Shown: positions 1 through 8,545, counted from the first letter of the stretch. The stretch is 23,522 nucleotides of DNA from Oligoflexales bacterium (GCA_041736175.1 JBGSUI010000018.1:1-23522), one strand, 5' to 3'. Notes: generated by a model not told the origin, from the sequence alone. Translations and numbers: made by a program.

Positions 1-108
1 ACCGTGACCCACTTTACCTCAGGTGAAAGCGGTTTACCTTTAGACGAATGCATGGTGGTCAATCCTCGTTTTTTGGCAAAACGATCATTATACCACGGAA
101 AAAATTAA
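1..108 (+). CDS. 3' end of an unidentified CDS running in from outside the window
   Basis: Frame 1 is open from base 1 (TVTHFTSGESGLPLDECMVVNPRFLAKRSLYHGKN) to TAA at 106-108. Too short to assign a function. Confidence 0.35.
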   Translation, partial: TVTHFTSGESGLPLDECMVVNPRFLAKRSLYHGKN

Positions 109-248
109 AATCTATCTTTTCATGTGCGTAGATCTATAGTACAATTAGGTGTCGATGCAGATTGCTGGAAACCGTGGCAACGCTACCAGGGCAAAGCCAG
201 CCAAAAGAGCGTAGAAACCTATATTAACATAGCAGAAGGACTACAGAA

Positions 249-581
249 ATGGATGCTCGATCAGTTGTTTCCAAAATAGAACCCGTCCTTCGACGACGGC
301 TACGATCATTTGAAATAAGGATTTTAAAGGATAAACTCCCCCACGGTGTCGAATTCTTAGTCACTTCAGTCGATTTTGAAGGAATGGACCGGGGGGATCG
401 GATCAGGTTTATGGCAGACGTCGTCGCGGAAACCTTTCACCTACCTTTAACTTTTAGTCCTGCCGGTCTTGCCCTGACACCAGCAGAGGCCAACGAGCTA
501 AAACCTTGGGATGACAAGGAAGACGATTTTACAGATTGGAGTGGCCTAAGAGGAGAAGACGGGACCGCTGCCCTTCCATAG
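249..581 (+). CDS. Small hypothetical protein, BolA-like or minimal nucleotidyltransferase-like pattern
   Basis: AGAAGGA SD upstream. The pattern FLVTSVDFEGM..DR...LALTPAE resembles the vvSxxFeG...R...tPxE signature shared by BolA and MNT-like proteins. Acidic C-terminal tail. Confidence 0.55.
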   Translation: MDARSVVSKIEPVLRRRLRSFEIRILKDKLPHGVEFLVTSVDFEGMDRGDRIRFMADVVAETFHLPLTFSPAGLALTPAEANELKPWDDKEDDFTDWSGLRGEDGTAALP

Positions 582-806
582 TCTAGGGAATGTGGACGAA
601 ATCCGTGATCACGGCAAAAATCACGGCAGTCCAATAAAATGTTATGAAATTAACGTTTTATATCATGGTGTTGGGAAGAACCCAGCAGAATCCTTCCGGG
701 TGCGCCATCTCTCTTCTCAAGTGTCTTTCCTCATTCAGTTTCTTTTTGAATCAATCTGTATTTTGGCGAAAATAAAGCTGGCTCATCGAGAAAATCGGGG
801 CTCTAA

Positions 807-1031
807 ACAGGGGTTGAAAGGGGCTTTACTCCGGATGAGATCCGGGACCTCGTGCGTACCGGAAAGACGCTGATGGCAAATCTTTCAAAGCAGGCGATCC
901 CGAACTCCTTTGTCCTCATCAGCTCCGACGAGAGGAAGAGGCGCTGCGAACTTGTCGTCCTGTTCGACCAAGACAAAGCCACTGGAAAATACATTGTCGT
1001 CTGCTCCGCATTTAGAAGGGTGATAGAATGA
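807..1031 (+). pseudogene. N-terminally truncated DUF4258/RelE-like toxin remnant (not in the ORF track)
   Basis: Reading frame TGVERGFTPDEIRDLVRTG...CELVVLFDQDKATGKYIVVCSAFRRVIE* resembles the DUF4258 pattern (ERGi..eEi..vl..G ... ivvtay). Its TGA overlaps the antitoxin ATG (ATGA, 1028-1031). An in-frame TAA at 804-806 leaves no start ahead of the ERG motif. Confidence 0.55.
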
Positions 1032-1501
1032 AAGTTTTCAAAACATTCAAAGCAAAAAAGTACCGCATGGAGTCAAAGCTAGGTGTGGGCACTGCCTTGG
1101 ATGTTGAGGTTCGGCTTCTTGTTGAAGGTGTTAGTCGCAATAACTTTAACCAAGACAAACACGACCACCTGCTTGATTCCACGGAAATAGATCGGCTCGC
1201 TCTTGCCGCCGCCGAAGATTTCATCAGGAGCAACTACCACTCTATTTTGAAGGGAGAGCAGACGTTGACGGAGGATGAGCTATCTGGAGTGCGGATGGTG
1301 TTGGGTCTGAACGCCACGCAATTTGCAGAAATTCTCGGCATTCCCAAAAGCACCCTGAGCAAGATGCTCAAGGGTACGCTTAAGATCAAAAGACCAGAAG
1401 CTATCCTCGTCATGGAGAGATTGATTACCGAGGTGCAGGAGCCTAGGTACTGGCGGGAATATCTGACCAAGAAGAAGCATGACCGATTGAGATCGGCGTA
1501 A
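1028..1501 (+). CDS. XRE-family HTH protein, probable MqsA/HigA-like antitoxin
   Basis: C-terminal XRE HTH (LTEDELSGVRMVLGLNATQFAEILGIPKSTLSKMLKG). Translationally coupled to the upstream toxin-like frame. Confidence 0.75.
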   Translation: MKVFKTFKAKKYRMESKLGVGTALDVEVRLLVEGVSRNNFNQDKHDHLLDSTEIDRLALAAAEDFIRSNYHSILKGEQTLTEDELSGVRMVLGLNATQFAEILGIPKSTLSKMLKGTLKIKRPEAILVMERLITEVQEPRYWREYLTKKKHDRLRSA

Positions 1502-1654
1502 ACATAGAGGCCTGCTTATCCACTAGCCTGGATTCCCACAGGAAGATGCATTGGCCTATCTAAGTTCCTGATAGAGATCTCTAATCGACTGTAGCACATC
1601 CTAGATGTTCTAGGTCTAAACAGAGGTTCTGTATATCGATAGCTGTTAACAATA

Positions 1655-1668
1655 ACTGCCAAAGCTAA
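1655..1668. repeat. 14-bp direct repeat ACTGCCAAAGCTAA, copy 1
   Basis: Identical copy at 5418-5431. Both copies are intergenic. Confidence 0.6.
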
Positions 1669-1708
1669 GGGGCTTTGTTCGTATTCATGGCCCCTTAGCC
1701 GGATATGT

Positions 1709-2110
1709 TTAGTTTCGAACTTTCGCGTCCAGTTTAATCAAAACAGAATCAACAGCCTGATCTCCAGTCGCACCTACAGACATTTCGCCAGATATCAATT
1801 CTCTGAATGGTCTAAATTCAACACCATCCCAGCTCAAAAGGGGAACATTATTGGTCATCTTTAAGAAAAATCCTTTTTGAACTTCTACCTTTGTTTCTGG
1901 GGGATTGGTTGATTTCACGATATCGCCATTGATCTCGAGTTTTACGCTAATTATATCGCCTTTGCTAAATTCGCATACGTCCTCAGAATGTCCTCCAAGG
2001 AATAATTTGATCTCGCCTTGATCCATTTCTGAATAGCGAATGTTCTTAGCATTGGCAGCGCTCGCGACAGATAATGTAATTATGGCAGTTGTTAAAAATT
2101 TCGATATCAT
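1709..2110 (-). CDS. Secreted hypothetical protein (Sec signal peptide)
   Basis: The likely start is ATG 2110 (MISKFLTTAIITLSVASAANA|KN) with AAGGA upstream, rather than TTG 2161. The mature part is beta-rich. Confidence 0.75.
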   Translation of the reverse strand: MISKFLTTAIITLSVASAANAKNIRYSEMDQGEIKLFLGGHSEDVCEFSKGDIISVKLEINGDIVKSTNPPETKVEVQKGFFLKMTNNVPLLSWDGVEFRPFRELISGEMSVGATGDQAVDSVLIKLDAKVRN

Positions 2111-2198
2111 ATGATTTCCTTTCAAAAAAATTTGGTAAGTCTTTACTCTTTGTTTGCTCAAACCCTGAAGTCACATAATTTCACCCCCCCTCTTTAAT

Positions 2199-2214
2199 TA
2201 CTACATATGTAGTA
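2199..2214. promoter_or_regulatory. BlaI/MecI/CopY-type operator (perfect palindrome TACTACATATGTAGTA)
   Basis: Contains the TACA-N2-TGTA core typical of BlaI/MecI/CopY boxes. Lies upstream of the secreted-protein gene. Confidence 0.8.
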
Positions 2215-2233
2215 TTTTAGTATAAAAAAATAT

Positions 2234-3391
2234 TTACATTGTGCTGAAAAAACTTGCCATCAACCTTTCAAAATACTGAGAAATTTTCGACGGATGATCG
2301 ATCTGATAGTTTCCCACAAATGTAGAACTTAGCACCGCTCCAGTAACCAGCAAGATACCAACTCCGGAAATGAATGTTTTCAAAAAGTTTGAGTGAGTTT
2401 TTGTCGACGGTTGGACTAAATACTCCACTCGCTCAACGATTGATTTCTTATGTTCAAATAGTGTAGAGTATGTAGCTGTTTCTGGCTGCCTGTGCTCAAC
2501 TGATTTTAACTTAATAAGAGCCTTGGCCAAAAAAGCTCTATCAACTCCAAGTTTTGAACTGAATTTGTCTGCAACAATCTCTCTTAGCTGGTCAACCCTG
2601 CGAGCCAGCATTCGATAACACGGAATAAACCAAAAAACGTCTCCTATTATTCTAATGATAATGGTTTGAACGATATCAAAATGACTCATATGAGCTAATT
2701 CATGACCAATCACGTCCGATCGTTCATCTTCGTTTAAAGTATTATATGCTTCATTTGGAAAACATATATATGGTTTCAAAATGCCTCCAGTGAATGGAGT
2801 GCCTCGATAGGTTGGAGATAAATAAATATCCACAACTCTAAATCGATGTTTCTGCAAAGAAAGCTGCAAACCGTTATTTTTCCGGTCTTTAACTCGACCA
2901 CGCTCAAATCTTATCCATGCGAGTATCCGTCGAATCACCAATACTAGGCTGATAGACAAAGCGACCGTCAAACCAAGGGGAATGAACAAATTTCCACAAT
3001 TTCCTTTAATCCACGAGTACGCTGCATCTGGAAGGCTAATTGAATAAAGAAGTGACTCAGAATAATTTGTGTTCAGCTTATTTTCAATACCGAGTTTTAG
3101 AGCAAACCTAGGTCCAAATTCGGAAAAAAATACAGTAGCGGATAGCCTTCTCCCTAGGTTTTCTGGCAGCGAATAAAAGTTAAGATTGGTCCAAACATAT
3201 GATTCTGGTGGAATCCCGCGAACAATATCTACGATGACCTTAATAAATGGTAGGGACAACAAATAAAGTTTGAGCTCTGGCGATTTTATGCGGAATATTT
3301 GAACTCCGAGAGACGCGATAAGCAGTCCACCTAAAAACGAGAGGACTGAGTTGAATAAAATATTAAAAAGGATGCAGTCCCAAAAAATCAT
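2234..3391 (-). CDS. M56 family membrane metallopeptidase (BlaR1/MecR1 N-terminal type)
   Basis: Several TM segments, TPFTGGILKPYICFP, HELAH zinc motif, FWFIP and REIVAD. Overlaps the BlaI stop by 4 nt. Confidence 0.9.
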   Translation of the reverse strand: MIFWDCILFNILFNSVLSFLGGLLIASLGVQIFRIKSPELKLYLLSLPFIKVIVDIVRGIPPESYVWTNLNFYSLPENLGRRLSATVFFSEFGPRFALKLGIENKLNTNYSESLLYSISLPDAAYSWIKGNCGNLFIPLGLTVALSISLVLVIRRILAWIRFERGRVKDRKNNGLQLSLQKHRFRVVDIYLSPTYRGTPFTGGILKPYICFPNEAYNTLNEDERSDVIGHELAHMSHFDIVQTIIIRIIGDVFWFIPCYRMLARRVDQLREIVADKFSSKLGVDRAFLAKALIKLKSVEHRQPETATYSTLFEHKKSIVERVEYLVQPSTKTHSNFLKTFISGVGILLVTGAVLSSTFVGNYQIDHPSKISQYFERLMASFFSTM

Positions 3392-3789
3392 GGCTTATCT
3401 CCACAAATTTTTAACTTCTCATCAATTAAATCTCGTAACTGCTCCAATTCCTCGGACGAGAGATTTTCTGACTCGCTTAGAAGATTGATTATTGGCTTAA
3501 GTCGATCGCTTTTGAATAGTGATTGATATACCGTCGCAAAAACACCGGTTCTTAGGCGCTCACCTTTATTGGCCAAGGAATAATAAAACTGACGGCCAAT
3601 CTTCTCGCGTTTAAGCACGCCTTTTTCAAACAACCTGCTTAGAATCGTCATGACCGTTGTATAGGCGAGCTTCTTGTCTTGAGATTTAAGTTGTCCTTGA
3701 ATTTCCTGTACTGAAAACGCAGTCTTCCCCTCTAGAAGACCTATAACTTCCATTTCAAGAGGGCCAAGTTTTAAAGTGTCTCTTCCCAT
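3388..3789 (-). CDS. BlaI/MecI/CopY family transcriptional repressor
   Basis: LGPLEMEVI...LAYTTVMTILSRLFEKGVLKREKIGRQFYY winged helix and LSSEELEQLRDLI dimerisation helix. Confidence 0.93.
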   Translation of the reverse strand: MGRDTLKLGPLEMEVIGLLEGKTAFSVQEIQGQLKSQDKKLAYTTVMTILSRLFEKGVLKREKIGRQFYYSLANKGERLRTGVFATVYQSLFKSDRLKPIINLLSESENLSSEELEQLRDLIDEKLKICGDKP

Positions 3790-3797
3790 AGAGACTG

Positions 3798-3826
3798 TTA
3801 TTACTATACATGTAGTAATTTGTCAA
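3798..3826 (-). promoter_or_regulatory. blaI promoter with an overlapping operator
   Basis: TTGACA -35 (3826-3821, minus strand) is followed by the near-palindrome TTACTACATGTATAGTAA (3801-3818), just upstream of the ATG at 3789. The -10 element is not consensus. Confidence 0.7.
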
Positions 3827-4174
3827 CACCAAAAACTCCTACAACCCCCGATTCAGGTTTACTGATAGCTCCGCTGAGTGACTCTTGTTGGGTGCCAGGA
3901 CCACTACGCAAAGTATCCATGGCCTGCGGCGTGCAACGCCGAATGGCCCCCTTTGTTCGCGCCGCAAAAAGCTCCGTGCGCAAAAAAGTAAGATTATAGC
4001 GGATCCCGATAACTACACTTTGATCTTTATACAACTATCCAAAATTAATGGCATGTTATACTTGTTAAAAAAATATGTTAAGTCAGTTCCGATTTCTGCC
4101 GAAGAGGGATATAGTAGTTCAAGGGGAGGGTGAAGCGGTGGAGCGAGTAAATTTCAAGACAAGGAAATAAAACC

Positions 4175-4744
4175 ATGAAGCCGACAAGTGATAGCCGTGA
4201 AATGCATCGCGATAAAATATTTATGCGTTTAAAGTCGAAGCTTCGTGGACAGCCGGCTCGATTTGAGCAGATGGTCCTGGATGGTATTGAAAGCCTCATG
4301 GATTTGCCCGAGGACCACGAAACGGACGAGGAGCGTGGTCTTTGGTTTGAGAATCAGAAGTTAAAACTCAAGGCTCGTCGGGAACGTCTATCGGGGTGTA
4401 TCAAGATCGATGAGGCGGCAGAGCTGCTCGGTATAAATACATCTGCTTTGCGTATGAGGATCTCTCGCGGAACTCTTCTGGCCTTTAAGGAAGGACACGA
4501 GTATTACATCCCCCGCTGGCAGTTTGATTTGAGTACGGACGATCATCTAGTTCGTGGATTTGACGAAATTCTGGCTCATTTGAGGACTTTCGATGACAAC
4601 CCCGATACATGTAGGAATAAGCTGCTTTGGTTGACAAGTCCATGTGAAATCTTTGATGGTAAGACGCCTATTGATGCAATGAAGAATGGCCAGATTTCTG
4701 CCGTTATGGATTATCTTCCAAGTATAGGGGGTGGTCACCGTTGA
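4175..4744 (+). CDS. Xre/MbcA/ParS-like antitoxin with HTH
   Basis: HTH (IDEAAELLGINTSALRMRISRGTLLA), YYIPRWQF and a C-terminal WLTSP..FDGKTPIDAM motif. AAGGA SD. Overlaps the RES gene start. Confidence 0.8.
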   Translation: MKPTSDSREMHRDKIFMRLKSKLRGQPARFEQMVLDGIESLMDLPEDHETDEERGLWFENQKLKLKARRERLSGCIKIDEAAELLGINTSALRMRISRGTLLAFKEGHEYYIPRWQFDLSTDDHLVRGFDEILAHLRTFDDNPDTCRNKLLWLTSPCEIFDGKTPIDAMKNGQISAVMDYLPSIGGGHR

Positions 4745-5391
4745 GAATCGAAGGTCCGCTGCCTCTGCCACCCGACGAAAAGATGACCCAAATAAAGCCA
4801 GTCTACTTCACCCTCCCAGCAGAATCGGAGCTGTTGAAGCTTTCTTCTAAGAAGAACTCCGATTCCTTGTTCAATCCGTATGGCCCCGCGAACCGGTTCG
4901 ATTGTCACCCTGCCGGTCCATACCAGGTTCATCACTCTGACTTCGGTGTCTGTTACTTAGGAAGTTCGCTGAAATGCTGTATTGCTGAGACATGCATGTC
5001 ATCTTATCAGACATCTTCCTCAGTGAACGGGTATCTAGACTCTGGTCGCATGATCGTAGGGGTTCAGATGACGGCGGGCCTTGATCTTCTAGATTTATCT
5101 GGAGATGGACCCTTGTTGGCCGGGACTCGTATGGGCATTCTGGACGAGTATCAGAAACGTTCAATCACTCAGGAATGGGCCAGACGCTTCTATCTGAATC
5201 CATTTGATGAGTATCGGCCAATTGATGGGATCCGATGGCAGTCTGCGAAGAACGGGGAAATGGCATATGTACTCTATGGTCGATCTCAGCATAAAGTTAA
5301 AATTGTTCACAAGGTCGGTGTCATAGCAAGGTCAGTACGGACTGAAGTCATGAGAATTTGTAGAGATTACAGAATCGTTATTGATGATTAG
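4741..5391 (+). CDS. RES-domain toxin (putative NAD+ phosphorylase/ADP-ribosyltransferase fold)
   Basis: NRFD, CYLG, CIAET, LDLLDL, TQEWAR and DGIRWQS supply the conserved R, E and S residues. TTGA overlap with the antitoxin stop. Confidence 0.85.
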   Translation: MRIEGPLPLPPDEKMTQIKPVYFTLPAESELLKLSSKKNSDSLFNPYGPANRFDCHPAGPYQVHHSDFGVCYLGSSLKCCIAETCMSSYQTSSSVNGYLDSGRMIVGVQMTAGLDLLDLSGDGPLLAGTRMGILDEYQKRSITQEWARRFYLNPFDEYRPIDGIRWQSAKNGEMAYVLYGRSQHKVKIVHKVGVIARSVRTEVMRICRDYRIVIDD

Positions 5392-5417
5392 CGAAAATGG
5401 CTATTTTTGCCTCGATT

Positions 5418-5431
5418 ACTGCCAAAGCTAA
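5418..5431. repeat. 14-bp direct repeat ACTGCCAAAGCTAA, copy 2
   Basis: Identical to 1655-1668. Confidence 0.6.
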
Positions 5432-5539
5432 TGACTTCGATAGATGTGGTGCATCCGATGATCTTGCCTTGCAGCTACCTGGGACCCGGATTGTAAATGG
5501 TATTGTATTCACTAAAATCTCCTCCAGAGCAAACCCTTA

Positions 5540-5611
5540 CCTAGGGCGATGTCGGTAAAAGTGGACGGAGAGCATCCTTGCGACTGGGAGCACTTTAGTC
5601 CCTAGGGCGAT
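5540..5611. repeat. 11-bp direct repeat CCTAGGGCGAT (5540-5550 and 5601-5611)
   Basis: Read directly from the sequence. The intervening segment starts CTAGGG and ends CCCTAG. Confidence 0.6.
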
Positions 5612-5804
5612 ATGTCACGCACTGCTTTAGAAGGTGCTTTGATCCGCGGTAAAGTGATGATTTGCGAAATTGTGTATGCCGAATTGGCGGCGGCGTTTGA
5701 TGGTGACGGAAACCTCCTTGATTCCTTTCTTGACGACATCGGTGTTGCTTTTGAAGCTAGCTCTAAGGAAATTTTACTTAAAGCTGGCAGGCTTTGGCGG
5801 CAGT
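5606..5804 (+). pseudogene. Internal fragment of a PIN-domain (VapC-like) toxin
   Basis: GDMSRTAL...ICEIVYAELAAAF...LDSFLDDIGV...AGRLWRQ is the middle of a VapC. Both the N-terminal DT motif and the C-terminal DFLI motif are missing. Confidence 0.7.
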
Positions 5805-5830
5805 CTAGTGGTAGTTCTCAGAAAAAGAGC

Positions 5831-7912
5831 TTAGTTACCTGCTCCAGTCCCACGCAAATTTAGGGATGCTGGTGCGGGTGCTGGAGGAGTTGGCGCTGGA
5901 GGTGGAGGAGGGGGCCTATTATCAATAAGACACCCATCCATCTGGAGTTGGTTTGCAAACATACAAGAGGCCGTGACCAAAAAATCGCCTGCTTCGGGAA
6001 ACCGCAAATCGATCGCTCCTTGATGGACCGCTGCCCAAGCCTGAGGTAACAACCGGTTAAACTCCTCACGAGCGATCACACCATTCGCCAATACACCTTG
6101 CCACTTAGTTTTAAAGGGCTCCGTGGTGAGAAGATTTTCTACTACTTTTTGGGTTGTAGCCAACTCTGCTGCGATATCGATCTTTGACAGAGACCTATTA
6201 TAGTGTCGATAGGCTTGGTTGACTGGATCGGGCTTAAGGGGATCAACACCAATGCGTTTGAGAGCATCAAAATAGAGCGCATTATCCCTCGACACGGCGG
6301 CATCTAAAAACCGGCTTTCGGGGTAGAGGCGCGTTATTTTTTGAATCTCATCCCCAAGAAAATCCGCTCTATTTTGGTTAACAAAAGTGAGTATTTCATC
6401 CCGTTTAGGGAGGATCCCAGCGCCGTGGCAATTCATGCATGACACCCCATTGACGATCGCTGCTAGAAACTGAGGCGGGGCATCGTTTTGTTTGACGATC
6501 GAAGTAGGGCCCTTATCGATAACGACACCAACTTTGTCGACAAGACGGTAAGCAAAAAGGCCATTTGGAAGTTGGTAGATCACCTCACCACCATCATGGT
6601 CAAAATTCCGTGTGGGATGGGTCCCGACAGGCCCTAGGGGCAATTCAAAAATATTTTGTTCAAGCGAAGCAAAGTCATAACTTTGCCAGTAGGACCGGCC
6701 ATTGCTCTGCTCCATACGCTCCATAATACGATTTTGCGAAGAAACTCCAGACTGTTTAAATCCGGACCGCATCACTCGGTTTTCGGTGACAGCTCGGGAT
6801 CTGTCCACTCCGAGTTTGGCATCTAACGCGCCATGGTTTTCTCCTTGCTGCAGCAATATCTCGTAGGGAATGGGTAGGGTGGCCGTCGCCACAACCCAGT
6901 CGATTCGAATCATATAGGTTTGGGATCCTGTAAGGTCTCGCAAGATGCGGTCATTTAAAATCATCTCTTGGGTTATATGATCGACAGGCCTTTCCGTGAG
7001 TTGAAAACCAAAGGGATAAAATGAATTTATGACCCCTTCAAAAACCGTGGTTCCGATCCCAAAATCTCCCAATCTCACGCGGTAAATAAGCTTATCCTTA
7101 TCAATGGGGCTTAAGGTCTGCACAGCCACCGCAGACGAAAGGCTATTGAGGGTCTTAGCAAAGGCCAACCTCTGGATGGTAAGGGTTTCTGGTGATACCT
7201 GAGCATTGTTTACTACATCTAGGGTAAAGTAACGAATTTGGCTCTGGTCTGCCGGAGCTATGGTTTGTAAATCTGCTCGCATCAGACCTAAAGCTTCTGC
7301 AAAAGAGAGTGGCTTATTGGCTGTTGGTTTTAGCTGAAGAATCCATTTTTTGACAGTCTCTACCTCGTCCGGCTTGAGGGCTCCCGATGGAGGCATATTT
7401 CCAACAGGAGCTAGTTTTGTATAGATCAATGATTGGTCTGGCTTTTCGGGAACTATATACCGACCAGCAAGGATCAACGCGTCGAGATTATCAAGATTGC
7501 CAAAATTGCCCTGTACATTTGTGGCACTATGACAGCTAATGCAGTGTTTCGAAAAAATATTGGTGACTTGAGTCTGCAGGTCCATGGGAATATTTTCAAC
7601 CACTGGAGGGGGGTCACCTTTGGGTGGTTCTGGCGGCAGCTTGGGTGCGGGTGATGGGTTGGTGCTTGTCTCCGTTTGAGTCTTGGTGTTGGTGGCGCTA
7701 CTATCTAACTTTTCAGCTTTTGGGGTTCGGTTGATGACAATCACCTGAGGCTCTAAGGCTGGTGCTGGTAACGCATTCCCTTCTGTAAAGTCGTTTAAAA
7801 CCACTGGTCTTGTCGGCGAAGATTCTTTCACTTGAGTTTCAATTTCTTTTTTGGTCTCTTTATCACAAGAAATCATCACGAATAAAACTATAAGCCTTAA
7901 ATTCCATTTCAT
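5831..7912 (-). CDS. Predicted lipoprotein with two c-type haem motifs (planctomycete-type cytochrome c domain plus a large uncharacterised domain)
   Basis: Signal peptide ending MIS-C. Pro/Thr-rich linker. CISCH (7529-7543) followed by PDQSLIY...MPP, second motif CMNCH (6425-6439). Pro-rich tail. Confidence 0.8.
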   Translation of the reverse strand: MKWNLRLIVLFVMISCDKETKKEIETQVKESSPTRPVVLNDFTEGNALPAPALEPQVIVINRTPKAEKLDSSATNTKTQTETSTNPSPAPKLPPEPPKGDPPPVVENIPMDLQTQVTNIFSKHCISCHSATNVQGNFGNLDNLDALILAGRYIVPEKPDQSLIYTKLAPVGNMPPSGALKPDEVETVKKWILQLKPTANKPLSFAEALGLMRADLQTIAPADQSQIRYFTLDVVNNAQVSPETLTIQRLAFAKTLNSLSSAVAVQTLSPIDKDKLIYRVRLGDFGIGTTVFEGVINSFYPFGFQLTERPVDHITQEMILNDRILRDLTGSQTYMIRIDWVVATATLPIPYEILLQQGENHGALDAKLGVDRSRAVTENRVMRSGFKQSGVSSQNRIMERMEQSNGRSYWQSYDFASLEQNIFELPLGPVGTHPTRNFDHDGGEVIYQLPNGLFAYRLVDKVGVVIDKGPTSIVKQNDAPPQFLAAIVNGVSCMNCHGAGILPKRDEILTFVNQNRADFLGDEIQKITRLYPESRFLDAAVSRDNALYFDALKRIGVDPLKPDPVNQAYRHYNRSLSKIDIAAELATTQKVVENLLTTEPFKTKWQGVLANGVIAREEFNRLLPQAWAAVHQGAIDLRFPEAGDFLVTASCMFANQLQMDGCLIDNRPPPPPPAPTPPAPAPASLNLRGTGAGN

Positions 7913-8104
7913 AAGTTACTCCGATTTTGTCAAGGATTGGCCACATAGCCAAACAGGCTAGCAAGGGACTCGGAGTGTTTTTATGAGTTTTTGAATCTAG
8001 TTTATAATATTTTTATAAACAGTATGTTACTGCGTGTCTATTTCCACAGTTTAGATTGGCAACCTAGATTTCTCAACACATTTGCCATTATACACAAACA
8101 AACA

Positions 8105-8311
8105 CTATCCAATTTTTCTCCATATCCACATAAGGGCCGAAAGGATCCCACTGATGATAAGGCAGGTCATAAGCGGGATCTTTAATTCATACTGATCACC
8201 TTTTAGAGTAAAATTACCCGGAAGATTCTCCAGTCCAAACTTTTCGTGAACCTGGAATAACAGTCCACTCAGGACCAGGGTTAAGCCTACAAAAATCAAG
8301 ATTCGTCCCAA
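8105..8311 (-). CDS. DUF2905 family small membrane protein
   Basis: MGRILIFVG...LPGNF...IPLMTCLIISGILS matches the LPGD/FPxxTxxxxSxxLS family pattern. Confidence 0.8.
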   Translation of the reverse strand: MGRILIFVGLTLVLSGLLFQVHEKFGLENLPGNFTLKGDQYELKIPLMTCLIISGILSALMWIWRKIG

Positions 8312-8545
8312 GGGAGCCCCCTCGTTATTCCATTGTGGATCGTATGACGCTGGTCTGACGATTTTTTAACGGTATGATTCTAGACCCAACAGTTGGTAAA
8401 AGACACCTTTTTCGCCTTTTGATAAAACTCAGGAAGTAAAACATCATATTTTCTCTAGATTCGTGGCTCCAAAAGCCCTATGAAATAAAGGGGGCCCCAG
8501 GTGTGAGTGTCTAGAACTTAAACGGCCTTTTAAGGACAAAATTCT

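Noticed and set aside
797..810. GGGGCTCTAAACAG resembling an IS1595-type terminal repeat
   Set aside because: No partner repeat or transposase in the window, and the orientation does not explain the truncation.
592..873. 93-aa ORF and CACGGCA-AAAAT-CACGGCA short repeat, reminiscent of an integrase tail/att region
   Set aside because: No recognisable domain, and no tRNA fragment or integrase motif could be confirmed. It overlaps the better-supported toxin remnant.
3804..4133. ORFs 3804-4034 and 3885-4133 and a small CGGCGT/ACGCCG hairpin (possible oriT or ncRNA)
   Set aside because: The ORFs lack SDs and protein-like composition and span a divergent promoter region. One short hairpin is not enough evidence.
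5860..5915. GGT/GGA/GCT-rich repetitive tract
   Set aside because: It encodes the Pro/Ala-rich tail of the cytochrome and is not a DNA repeat element.
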